Assembly: GCF_964355755.1 (NCBI RefSeq)
Contig: NC_092674.1
Location: 22,010,001-22,074,000, forward strand
Source: Antedon mediterranea
Taxonomy: Eukaryota; Animalia; Echinodermata
Direction of reading: 5' to 3'
Length of the DNA stretch: 64,000 nt
Shown here: positions 39,181 through 52,153 of the stretch, piece by piece
How positions within the stretch are numbered: the first letter of the stretch is position 1
Layout of the letters: each line of letters starts with the position of its first letter
The notes under the pieces: model-generated
Told to the model about the DNA's origin: nothing
Databases searched by the model: none
The model's input: the letters and a program-made list of their open reading frames with translations, nothing else
Made by a program: the position numbers and the translations under genes

Positions 39181-39869
39181 AATATATAAAATAAATAATA
39201 TGAAAATAAATAATATCAATATATATAATAATAATAATAATATAATGTTAGTTGGTGTTCAAATCAAATTAACTGATAGCATTACTTTAAACATCTGTTT
39301 TTTAAATTGTATTTGTTATAGGTCTACATCCTGTAATAAGAAATACTGTATATGTTGATGTTTTGTTATTCACCTAGTGTATTCCCACTAACTTAACGTA
39401 TTTCAAGTTCGCAAAACAGTATAATCGTTTAGTATTATTATTAAAGCTATTGTTCTGAGAATAGTTTAGTATATTTGTTCACAGAAGAGCATATATTATC
39501 ATAAATCCGGAAAGTTTGAAATATTTGTACCATTTAGTACATCAAAAAATTGGTACTACAGATGTACTAGCATATCCTATAACACTAGGTCTATTGTTCC
39601 TCAGCCATGTAAACGGAAAAATACATAATGTGTCTATAATAAAAGGAAACTATCGTTTCGAAATTCAACCGTCATTATATTGCTTTATCCTACATTTGCA
39701 GATGAACTTTGATTTGCCTTGTACCATGATTGGAATTAACCTACCTCGCTGAAACAAAGAAAGATCAAATTGATATCCCTCATCTTTTCAGTATTTTTAT
39801 TTACGAATCAGGATCTCCGAAGAGATACTTTATTACCATATGATCACATCAGGCACAGAACAAACATTC

Positions 39870-40600
39870 TAAACCCGCCCGGTGATATATTTGAAACAAT
39901 AAAGATGAGGAAAGAAAGAGAGAAAAGGTCGCCCCAAGCCCATGTTTCGCTCTAATTTTTCCTCCGAGTTCTTTATCATTTCGTCTGTAATCCGTTTGTA
40001 CTTTGAGGTAGTAGTAATAGTACTTGTCTGCACTTGGGTAAAAAATAAACCTCTAAACATACTTGGCCCAGAGTTGTGTAATTGCGGTTGGCGTTACCAT
40101 TCCCAGCGGAAGTAGAATGGGTATTGGAAATGTATTCAACCGAATCAGGCAAGGGTTGATCCTGTTGATTGACTTTATTTTAATTATCAGCCTTATCTAC
40201 GAAGATGGTTTCTATAGTTGAAGCTTGTAAAAACTCTGCATCTGGATTAAATGGATATATACCTGTTGCATAAAACCAGCTTATAGCATACGCGTCTTTC
40301 AATATTCCGCGAAAGTAAACCGTGTTATTTTTCTTGCCTGGACTTTTCTTGAGCTTTTCACGTGCCTTGTGATATTCGGATTTCAGTGACCGAAAAAAAC
40401 AATTATCCAGAGGTTTGTTGTGTGCGGTGGGAGGCAATACACATGTATGTCGTTTTCGTTTGCATACTTGATGAGTTGAAAACTAATAATTGTGATTAGT
40501 AGCACAGGCGAATAACACCAACATGGGGAACAAAACACTTTCTAAATCACATGTCTAACAACTCAGTATCAATGAACCATCACATTTCATTTTATTTAGT
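39870..40600 (-). pseudogene. Degenerate pogo/Tigger DDE transposase fragment
   Basis: Minus-strand LPP..H..KPLDNCFFRSLK and TGIYPFNP match the DDE_1 LPPHTTHxLQPLDxxxFxxLK...GIxPFNP motifs; frames are broken. Confidence 0.7.
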
Positions 40601-41042
40601 CTCAAAACGATAGATACATTTACAAGGAACAAGATAAAAAAAGACAAACACAACCAGACAGAAAAAAGGATTACCAGAAATTTAATCCTTATCTAGTAGG
40701 TCTCCTGCTATTGGGTCGCACTGATTCGGGAAAACAAAAACATTTAGAATATAAAAATGTGTATAGACATTAACAAATATAACTCTATAATTAATAAGAC
40801 ATAGCTTAACAAGTTTGTATGCATTATTCATAATATTTGACTTATTCAATCTGATAATGAAGGGAAGGAAAGTTATCACAAATTCATAAATTAATTATAA
40901 CATGTAAATGTATGTATTGCTATCATTTACAGTGTTTGCGTCCAATAATTCGACAGGTAAAGTGATTATTTATCACAAACGTGAGACAAAGAGACAACAT
41001 AGACTGCTGATGCTTTGAAAAGCAGCAGAACAGCTTGATTAT

Positions 41043-43355
41043 TTATACGCTGGGGAAGTATAGATCTTTCCTTAAAGTGTACTGTGGAGCTGGAGCCTGC
41101 TTCTTATCCTCTAAACCCCATTTACCAACTTCATAATTTACTTGTGTTAGAATATCTAGTATGTGATCGGTGTCATGGCGTTCCTCCAAATATTTTGTCA
41201 GATTTGTAATGAAGTGTGAACCAGTCTGGGGCCGAAATGATTTCTTTAGAGGTGTTGTCGAGTATCCAAATAGGAAATCAGCGTAATCAAAATATTTGTG
41301 AAGAGAACCATCCCCCATTTTTTTGTCTCGGCACGCTTGTATAAAGAATACTTTTGGTTTTGCATTCAGACTTTCACACTTATCTGCTCGTAAATTGCCG
41401 GCAAGTTGTAATACATTGCACATTTCTCCATCACTACCAGCAACTTCTCCAAGTCTACCATGAGACAACAGACAACAAACAAAGCAATCGTATTGTGAAT
41501 GATCTCGTCTTCGCATTTCGTCCATCACATTCTTCATCTCCTGAGCAGTTTGATTGCGTTTCACTTCGACAATGAATCCCAAATTTTTAAAAACACGCTT
41601 CAGCTTATCTGTTGAGAAACATACTATACAATTATTATCACAGCAGGTATATTGTTTTATTTTATACGGATACCTAAATGTCTTAATGTCTTTTATTTGT
41701 AAATTGAATGCTGGAAAAATATTGTTTACAGCTTTTTAAGTGTCTAAATAATATACTTTCATTTATTCTTATTAACACGTAAAGTATAACGCCTATTGGT
41801 AATCAAACACAGGATTACAGGACGCCTGTTATTCCCAAAAAGAAATTCAACATTCCTTATACCTTCATCAATTTCAGAGCTAGTTCTTTCTTCCAGTTTT
41901 CTTTTTCCTCGAAACTTAATGTTGTTTATTATTAGGCATATTCCACGAGGAATGCTTGTCATTTTGTATTTAGGCCTGTCACCACCTAGTATAATGTAAA
42001 ACGTCAATTATTCAATAAACTAATTAAAAATATGATTGATCTGTCTTAAATTGACAATTATAATGTTCGTGCATGCAGTTAAAGTTGTAGACATGAACAA
42101 TTAAAATCAATAACATACTTTGAATAGACCATTTTGTAATTTTAACAAAGTTAATCACTTTTCAAGAAAATACCCGGAAAAAATCATGTTTTCAATATAC
42201 AATGACAAAATAAACCAAAAACCCATTGGCTGGCAGTCCATATTCTTTGCTTTAAATTACAGTTTTTTCTGGTAAACAATTTTTTTAGATGCAATTTTTG
42301 TGTATAACTATTATGTGATATTAGAATGGAGTACTCACTAAAATATCTTTCAGGGGACAATATACCTTCAAACAATTTATCTGTCTAACTGTTGTTTAAC
42401 TCGTTTAGATGTTCATAGTTATAGCGAAATGACCAATTGATAATTATTCATTTTTTTACATAATTACTATAATCACTTCCGTACTCTGTTTAACATGAAT
42501 ATGCAGAGTCTCCAATAGAAAGTAAAAACATATTAATACTGGAGGTTCTAAAATTAAATATATTAACTATTTCGCAAATACCAATGCTATGTGTAAATAG
42601 CCACACTCGATAGGCGCAATGACATTGATGGTAACAAGAGTTATTGACAACGGAAAATATTATTTAGAATATTTAGAATAAAATAATAATTTTCTGTTCT
42701 CCTTATATACTCATAATAATTATAGAATAAACTATACTTATTTTATGATACTAAATAAGAATAAAGATGGTTAAAATATTTAAGGCGACAGACACTTTGA
42801 TTTAAATGTTCAAAAAGAGAGAAAGTACTACTTTATACCTTGTTGGGTCACCGTGGATTCAATCGACAACTCATTATGGAAGGAATGCACAAGATCGTCT
42901 AAGTCTGTTGTTATCTCGCTTTGGCTATCTATGAGAAGTTAAAAAACAAATAAACATTTCAATTAACTTAACAAAAAGGAAGTTACGTAAATTATATTGT
43001 ACCTTTTAAATGAATACACCATTTAGGAAAATAATCGGTTGAATATTTTTGATTCACCACTACTATCGTACGTAGGAAGAAATAAAATAATGTGCACTAT
43101 AATATTGAGGGTTGAATATTATGGTATTTGTTTTCGTCATACACACAATTGTTATGTATGTAATTTACTAATAGTTGGTTTTAATATTAAAAGATACCGT
43201 TTCTGGTGAATTCCTAAAAGAATTTTTTTTATTAAAAACAATATACTCATAAACATTCAGTATTTGTATAATATATAATGTAGAATCAGTGTGTATATGA
43301 TAATGACAACAGCCTACAATACATTACCTTGCTGCACTGGATTGAAATTACCCAT
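41043..43355 (-). CDS. Caspase-8-like C, apparently DED-less, catalytic dyad intact, ~268 aa
   Basis: Exons on the minus strand: 43360-43328 (ATG at 43355), 42928-42839, 41985-41863 (YKMTSIPRGICLIINN), 41608-41043 (CCLLSHG, QACRD, ADFL, QAPAPQYTLRK). In frame; the start is inferred. Confidence 0.8.
42110..42370 (-). mobile_element. Degenerate TTAA-target MITE (8681 family)
   Basis: Ends CAGGGGACAATATACCT; internal ATTGGCTGGCAG matches the family. Confidence 0.55.
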
Positions 43356-44120
43356 GTTATCTGAAAATATATAACATACCATACATTTAAAAACTTGTTT
43401 AAGAACATTAGGAACATACAGTTAAGTTGGCATACGTCAAGATAGCCATTGAAACTGATCTATTTTTTCTTCTTCATCTTTCCCCATTAACCTGCTCAGT
43501 GTATTTTTTTTTCTCAGAAAATCAATGGAACATGATCAATAATTCACGTTTATTTTGTAAACGTCGTTAAAATTGGATAAATTAGCTTGACGAATTAAAA
43601 ATCACAAACTGTGTTCATGCTTGTCAGAAAATGTCATTGCGGTTAACTGGGATTGGAAATTTGGATTCAGAAATTAAATTCTACGTGACGCCAACATTAT
43701 TTTAATACCAAGTATAAACAAAATCTTTTTATAATTATTTTTAATGTTGTAATCCTACTTCTAGAACGATATAATTATCAATCCCATATATATTTTGTTT
43801 CAGCCTTGTTCATTTGAGTACAAAGGAATAATTTTTCTTTAGCCTATAGCGATTTACAGTATCATATTTGGTAATAACAGGCAAAATAATGTACTTTAAG
43901 GCTGTGGCGTTTATATACAGCTTTTAAGAATCTGATTATGATAAAATGATAAAATAAATCAATATTAACTAAATAATCTTTTTTGGAAAACCTACCAGAG
44001 TCTGCTGAAAGATCCCCACAAGAATCGTCAAAACTAGCCATATTACTACAAAAGTATAGAAATGGTTTATTAAAGTGAATTTGTATAGCCAGGTACAATC
44101 CAAGCTTTGAATTGGCCATT

Positions 44121-47100
44121 TAGTGTAGGCTGGTATGTCGTTTATATGAATGTCGTGTATATTTTTTGTTAAAAGCAAACTTTGACTTTATTTCATATCT
44201 TGATAATATAAGGAATGAAAAAAAATATGTTGCCATTTTTTCAAAAGACCTTTAAAGGACCAAATTCAAGATGGCCGCCAACATTCAAATAACCCTATTA
44301 AAAATCAGAATATCACCAATAATACAAATTATGAATGTGGAACAAGTCCGTTTTGATGGTATTACTGTACCCATTATACAATCCTAACTATGTAAAGCGA
44401 TAATCTGTCGGCCATCTTGGATTTCAAAATGGCCGCCACTAAAAATTAAATTCTTTAAATAATTTTTTTTAAATGTGTGCATAAATTGTTGTTTGTACAC
44501 AATGTTCTAAAATTGTTGTCACTTCTCACAGGATTGTAAACTGTAAATATAAGGCTAAAGTTGTCAATGTCCTGTATAACAGATATATAATACCCCACTA
44601 TGACTATTAAATTAAATAATCGTTCAAAGTTGGAGTTGCAAAAGTATGGAACAAATTAACAATTTATATCAAATATTCAACATCAATTACGTCTAACTAG
44701 AGGGTTAGACCTCTAGTTCGCTAGCTCCCCTCTAGGAAGTGTAAACGAAGGTTCTCGGAAGGATAATGACTCGGGTAAAAATGTTTTAGAAGGACGTTCT
44801 CCTTGTACGTTTTCTGTCGGTTACCATTATTGAAAATGCTTGACATTTGAAAAACTAAACCTACTCTGTTTCACAGTGTCTTAGATGATTAATAACATTT
44901 TAAAGTATAGTCTTTATTGTTTAATAGGGCGGAGGTGGGGAGGCAGAGTTCATTTGAGGGAGATGCTTATTCGAGGAATTTTTTAGTTTTAATAATATCG
45001 TAACATTTATAATCAAATAAAATCCTCTAATAGATATGAAAAGTGGTAAAAAATTATAACAAATGCTTGGTAAATTATAGTTAACAGTGTAATGAATTCT
45101 ATTATAAATAGTATATACAATATTGTGTGTATAATTAATGTAGATGGGCGTTTATTAGATAGTTGGGTAGGTGGGGGGGGGGGGGTGTAGGCGATTATTA
45201 TTCAAAGTGATGTTTTATTGGGAGGCGTTTATTCAAATAAATACCATCATAATACATTATTTCATTTAAACATCTTTTAAAACTAACTTCCGCGACAGTG
45301 TAGGCCGTTTCGGCCCAAGAAGGAAGATGTTTTTAGACTGCTTGCAATATGGGCCCTAATGGGACACAGATAGCCTACAGTTATTCCTGCCAGCTTACTC
45401 AATAAAACTCGGCTATCGGGATTTTATTTTTTAACTACTGTACCTTCACACGCGCGGTCCGATCCGAAAATAAACAAAAAACTAAAATAGCTATAGCCAC
45501 TAACGACCAACTTAACTGAAACCAGGTAGTTGCAAGGTGAACCTGTGAACTCATCGTGAACCTGGAAATTACTTTGACCGCGTACAATTGAAATTGAGTT
45601 GAAAATCTACCGATGAATCAGAAATTTAGTTTTAAAACTCTTTATAATATATTCCTAAGATAGAAATATGGAACAATATCGTAATAGTGAAAACTGTTTT
45701 ACATTTCGCGGTACACCTGAGATAGTTCAGGTAGGTATCCAAGGCAGAAATTTGTTCCAAAGTTTTTCCATTGTGCTCGCCTATGTCAGAATTAACCATA
45801 ATTTATATATAGATTCTAAATTACAGATCTCATTTCTTTTCATGAACCTGAAACTTGACAGGAGACAGGACCACAATATACAACAAGTGCATTTATAACT
45901 TATTGTGAAATCCTGTATAAATATGTTAAATAATAAATGCGTTATTGCTATGTAATTCAATGTCTGAACCTTCAGGGCCATAGTCACCAGTATGGTTGGT
46001 AAGTTTTCAACCTGTCAACTTTTGGCAGAAGCTTGAAGGAAATACAGATACACCTCTGCCTATAAATAACCTTGTAAATGAATGAACTCCTACTTCTCAT
46101 CTTCTACAATCTCAACCAATTTCATTAGATATGTACCCCCTACAGAGAGACCAGCATTATACACTGGGTTGATGAGTGCACATGGTTGTGGTATAAAAAC
46201 TCATGTACTAGGGAAAGACAAGAATGCCTGGTGATGACTCTTGCCCAAGATGAGTGGAGGTGGACAGAGATGACATCAAAAAGCAATTAGTATGTCGACC
46301 CGGTGAACTATATGGCTTTTGGACATGTAGCATTGTGAGAATAGTGTTGAGGCAGGTGCTTTTGTTGAAACTGAACTTGTATTACCTATACAACCAGTGA
46401 CACAAATCGGGACACAAATATCTTAAATGGAAAACATCTGTAAAGGACAAAACCACACTAATTCTGCTTTCTCTCTACAACTTGCTTCTACAAATGCAGA
46501 CGGAGAAAGAGATTCTAAGTTAAGTATGTATATGAGAGGACATGTATGTGTGGGACTTGCTGGATTTACACCAATTGATCAGGGTCATTGAGCATGGTAT
46601 CATTGGAATAACACAAATTAATGATTTCATCAGAGCTGGCAAATCTAGTTAACATTTAAAGAGAGATGATATCCCGGTTAATGAAGAATGCTGCAATTCG
46701 CACAAAGGTGTTTGTTGGCCATGGCATGATGAAATTGGACAGAAAATGTTTGAGGCATTGGTAAAAGTCTTGTAGAAGGCAAACTGTCTATATGGGATCC
46801 TAAGAAAAAGACGAATATTGGCAAAAAAATATATATGACGGTGAATACAGGTGACAAACTTATCAAAGTAAAAGAAGACTCCTATAGAGATTATTTGCCG
46901 GTGAAATGAGGTCTTTCAGTTATTTTGCCAATTTGTTTCTGAACAAGGTTGTTGGGAACGGAGATCAGTCTGTGGAAGTTTGATGGATACAGTAGTAGAG
47001 AACGAAGGAAGGTCAACTTACTGTATCGCATTCAAGATTAGAAATATTTCATTGAAGGACTTTGGCAGAGTTAGTTGTCATTTAACTGAAGAAGTTTATG

Positions 47101-47656
47101 AGATGTTTTAATATGAAGAAGTGTACAGTCAGTACTATAGACCTCCTGATGGTCAACATTTTGTGTTAATCACCATGTTGTTGTCATAAGCATATCATTT
47201 TGTATATTTCAATCTAATTTTATTTAACAAGTTTTAATAAGAAATTTAACCCATTTAAAAAAAAAATGTTGTTTTATTTGATTTTATGTGATTTCAATCA
47301 ACGTCATAACTTGCACATGTTTTAATAAGAAATTTAATCCATTTTTAAAAAATGGCGGCCATTTTGAAATTCAAAATGTCAGAATACTAATGAATATAGG
47401 TTTATAATAATTCTTATATAGCAGAGAACCCATATGAACTTAAAATATTATTCATAATGGGTGTTACTTTGTCCAATATGGTACATTTATTGGATATTTT
47501 ACGTATTGGCGGCCATCTTGGATTTGACACCCTTAAGCTTTTTTAAAAAAATGGCAACATATTTTTTTCATTACTTTACATCCTAAAGACACTAAATCAG
47601 CTGGAATTTTGCTTTTAACAAAAAAATGACACGAAATTACATAGTGGCCTACACTA
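44121..47656. mobile_element. Academ-like DNA transposon relic, long imperfect TIRs, 3-bp TSD (ATT)
   Basis: ATT|TAGTGTAGGC ... GCCTACACTA|ATT. About 160 bp or more of inverted similarity (TTTGTTAAAAGCAAA, AAAATATGTTGCCATTTTTT, CAAGATGGCCGCCAA); coding-like but broken interior at 45700-47130. TAG...CTA termini with a 3-bp TSD fit Academ. Confidence 0.72.
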
Positions 47657-47801
47657 ATTGTTTTTTGTTTTGTTTTACGTAAGTTTCATAATAATTTACT
47701 TGTTTTAGTTTTTGTTCTCATGGCTTGCCGATGATAGAACGGAGTAAATGTATAATTACATCCTAATATGAGATATATTTGCTAAAAATTAATAGTTTTA
47801 C

Positions 47802-47866
47802 CTTTTTTGTAGAGAATTTATGTCTTTATAGTTATAAGAATGAATTCCACTTCGTTCCGTTTAAAT
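47802..47866 (-). promoter_or_regulatory. Putative non-coding first exon of caspase C
   Basis: CGAAGTGGAATTCA...CTACAAAAAAG|GTAAAA, homologous to 38642-38706. Confidence 0.6.
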
Positions 47867-48841
47867 ATAACACCCTGACGACAAAATACCATGGATGTAA
47901 TAAAAGATATTAATAATTTCCGATCCTTCTTCCGTTGGAATAAGGATATCAGCTTTGAACCTGACAAATAAAAACCAATAATACACAAGCCCCAGTTTAT
48001 GTTTCAGCTCACGGTGTAACATCGACATATTATTAATATAGAACCACCGTTGTTCGGAAAACCACAAAATGAGTAAAGTAATGAAACGCAATTCTGTCAA
48101 ATATAAACACAAAATAATAATAACCATGGATACACTAATTGTACAATAATCCAGTTTGACATTTGACCGGAAATATTTCTAATGAAACACATTGAGACCT
48201 GATTTATTAGGTCAAGTTCAATATTGAATATCGAAACGTGGCAGGCTATATGCGCTTGGCCTTTGACAAGATCGCCTAAAAATTAATAAATTTAAATTTA
48301 CGATACTTAGTATTGTATATTCTGGAATAGCCGCTCCATAATCTCTTTGATTTTTTTCCTTATATCTATATAGCCTACACAACTGGGTGTCTAGAAAACT
48401 CAGATCTAGAAAACTCAGATCTCAGATATCTGAGTTGTCTAGATCTAGAATACTCAGATATCTGATTTTTCTAGATCTAGAAAACTCAGATATCAATATC
48501 TGAGTTTTCTAGTTCCAAAATGGAACTAGAAAACTGGGATCATCATATGATTGGTTGGTAGGTCATTTAGATCATTCCATTATTAATCAGAAGGTAGGTC
48601 ATTTGAAATACTAGAGTATTATTAAAACTGATTACTGTGTACGTTTTCTTACTAATATTGTAACATCTACAAGCGGCCTACGGTTTAAAATAAATTGCAC
48701 GTTACCGTTAAAATGTAGGCTTAACAATTAGGTATGTACGAGTTGGTGTGGGTACGAGTTTGTTGAGGTACGTGTTAGTCAAGTTAGCCTAAGTTGGGAA
48801 TAGGTACGAGTTATTTTGGGTACGAGTTGACCACTGACCAT

Positions 48842-49632
48842 TTTTTAGTCGCGTGGAAGCGACTCTATAGTTCACTATGTCGGTCGGTTGGTCGGTTTGT
48901 CTGTCTGTCGGTCTGTCTGTCGGTCTGTCTGTCTGTCTGTCGGTCCGGTATCACTATGCGTTTTATCGCTTTCTGACCTTATCTTGATATCAGTTTAATC
49001 TAGCTAAGTCAATTTTTCACAGAATATTCCTTATGGCCAGGAATCGATGTGGTTATGTTTTCACGGTGCGCAATAAAAAAATTACGCGGTCTGCGCACGA
49101 TTTAACGAAATCACGTTTGTAATCATATCTTCACAACCATGAATCACAATTAAATAAAATTTGGTACTCATAAATTTCAGGGCATAAATCATCATATGGC
49201 AATACAATTACGTGCGTAGCGCATGTAACGCATGCGTACGCGCGCTTAACATTTTCAAAATTTATTTTCGATGAAATAAGAGTACGTTTCAGGCAATTTT
49301 AAGCGTTTACAAAATTGCCATGAGTGCGCATATTTTTGCGCGCGCACTGCGCGTTAAATGTTATTGCGAACTCTTTTTGCCCGATTTCTGTTTTCTTGAC
49401 TTACTTTTCAACTCGAAATTACGTTATACGAGCACGTCAAAAGTGACAGGCTACGCACGTGTAAATTAAAAAAATATAAACGTTTTTAAACATTTCAACA
49501 TTTTTAAACATGTTCAGTAATTTCGGTCAGTATAGTTCACTATGTCGGTCGGTCGGTCTGTCTGTCGGTCTGTCTGTCGGTCCGGTATCACTATGCATTG
49601 TAGCACGCGACTTAATGGCTGTTGGCTTTGTT
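48842..49632 (+). mobile_element. DINE-1/HINE-like non-autonomous Helentron nested in the MULE
   Basis: T-run, sub-TIR AGTCGCGTG...CACGCGACT, two (GTCG/GTCT)n microsatellite blocks, 3' small stem-loop, T-run. Confidence 0.75.
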
Positions 49633-49638
49633 TTTTCT

Positions 49639-50495
49639 TACATAAGTTGGGACCCCCTCATGAAACGTCACAAAATAAACATGAATAATTCATCAGTTCA
49701 ATTTGTTGTTCCGTGTGCACCCAAGCGTATAGCAACAAGAAGTGATTACACAACTGCGATACGATACTTTCTACAGTAGGCCTAGGATTCAATTCACGTG
49801 ATTGCCTTCGCGCACTCTTCTTCGAGTCGAGGCTAATCGACAGCTAGGCAAGACATTAAACTAAGTAGTAATTCATTGGACATAGCCCAAAGAAAGCTTA
49901 GACCCACCAGAATAAAGAATGTGTATAATTTGTGTACTGTAATTTTTAATTCTGCTATTTTATTATAAAACAATATGCATGTACTCAAAGGAACTTTAAA
50001 AATGCGCGTATATGAACACACATGAGATGGGAAGATTAGACCCACGAGAATAAAAAATGTATTTTTGTGTAATGTTTATTGTTTAATTTTGCTGACTTAT
50101 TACTCTGACTGTGTCATAACTAAACTAACACACACGTCACACACACCAACACAGCTACTACTAGAATAGACATGGTTTAGAGACTATTAATTAGGCCTAA
50201 TAGTATCAATAGAAAGTATAATTTTAACACGTAATTCTTTAGTAATAAATTATATTAAAAAACCATAAACTAAAGGCTGATTATTTCGACAATCCACACA
50301 AAACGCCGCTATTCTATTATGAAATCGCACGCGGAAACCACAGCGGAGATAGGCCTAGAATCGTACCGCACTTCTGTAAACTGTAATCACTTCTGGTTGC
50401 TATACGCTTGGGTGCACACGGAACAGGACAATTTAACTGATGAATTATTCATGTTTATTTTGTGACGTTTCATGAGGGGGTCTTCAACTTATGTA
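49639..50495. mobile_element. MITE with ~110-bp TIRs nested in the MULE
   Basis: TACATAAGTTG..CCCCCTCATGAAACGTCACAAAATAAACATGAATAATTCATCAG..CCGTGTGCACCCAAGCGTATAGCAAC is inverted at 50382-50495. Confidence 0.85.
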
Positions 50496-52153
50496 CGAAA
50501 AAAAAATCGCACCCGGGTCAGGCCTACTCTTCGCGATACATCGCGATAGCGACACGTTGAGCCTTGAATTGAGTTTGCTTAGCTAGGCTAGGCCTAAATT
50601 CTAGGCCTACATTGAAGGTGTATACTGTATTTCTTTAACATACAGGTCGCTACTACAAGTTACAATAATTATTATTATTAGTAAGAAAACGTATAATAGG
50701 CCTACTGTAGTATTTCAAACAAGCTACCATCTGATAATAATGGAACGATCCATTTGATGATCTGGGTTCTCAGATCTTGATATCTGAGTTTTCTAGATCT
50801 AGAAAAGTCAGATATCTGAGTTTTCTAGATCTAGAAAAGTCAGATATATCTGAGATCTGATTTTCTAGATTTGAGTTTTCTAGACACCCTACACAACTAT
50901 CCGTTTTGATTTCGATTATTCGGGAAATCTTATCATTACTTTATTATTATTTATATTTTTAGTGTAACTGAAACGTAAACAAATCTAAAAAAAAAAAAAA
51001 TAGGTTAAGGGAGTACAGGTATTACATGTGAATATTAATTATTAAATTAAATTTGCAATCACACTCGAAAATCGACCACTATTTTGTAGCGTTTTATGCT
51101 TATAGATACTACGAATAATAACATTAATGTTTTCATTTGCGAGTAAGCCTACCACTTTTATTTCAACCTAAAATCATACATTACAATAATGCTAACAAAT
51201 AAAAATACGTAACACTCTGAATTGTTTTTCATCTATAATAATTTCCTTTATTAATTGTTTTTTCTCATCATTTTTGTTTTAGTTATTTTTCTCGTAACTA
51301 TCATATTGCACATATCATATCACATGTTTTTGTATTATAATACCACAATATATCACGTTATAACCTTGTACATTTTACCTCTAATTCTTATTTCCATATT
51401 TTTAAAAAAATGTGAAAATTACTTTATTTTTGCTTCTACCTTTATACATGATTCGTAAATTGTAAAAAAAGCTATATAAGTTATTTAATGCATGGTTTTT
51501 AACATGAACAATATTAATAACGGTTGGCAGTTGTCAAATGTTTAGATTTTCTTCTAATCGACTGTGTAATATTAAGTTTGCAATATTTTCTCAATATTCT
51601 TTAATATAGTTAGTTTAATATAATAAAATATAATTTGTGCTACTTTACAAAGGTAACAATTTGACTTTATTTTATATTACATAGGATTCTTTAAGGAATT
51701 ACTTTTTTTAAATATTTTTTGTTACTGTTTGTACCTTATTAAACCAAGTTAAGTTCCAGTCATCCATCCTTGGCTCAATTGATTTCTTTAGTATGTTTTT
51801 TAATTTAACTTTAACAGGATACTTCAGTAATAAATCGGTGAATAGGCTAACCATATACATTTATGATACAAAATAATACCTAAGTGGTAGGTGATTTCTA
51901 AAATAAGTTATATGTTAATAATTAAATTAAATGATCAAAAAAGTATACTATAGGAGTCAGTCACGTCGACTATGACTTCGAAATGATTTCATTATTTGAG
52001 GCATTGCACATGCGCATCGTGTTCTTCCTCGGTCTTCTTATTCAATGTACACCTCAAAACATGTTAAAATTAACGGCGTCCACGTTCGGATTATTTAAAA
52101 GTTCCTACATACATTAAATCATATGGTAGGTTGCCATCGTTTTTGGTCGCCAT

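Larger units (their letters stand above)
48385..50889. mobile_element. Mutator/foldback-like non-autonomous element with 9-bp TSD
   Basis: TACACAACT|GGGTGTCTAGAAAACTCA ... TGAGTTTTCTAGACACCC|TACACAACT; arms are built of AGATCTAGAAAACTCAGAT repeats. Confidence 0.88.

Noticed and set aside
43328-43355. N-myristoylation of caspase C (MGNFNP)
   Set aside because: Pro at position 6 is unfavourable and the start codon is itself inferred.
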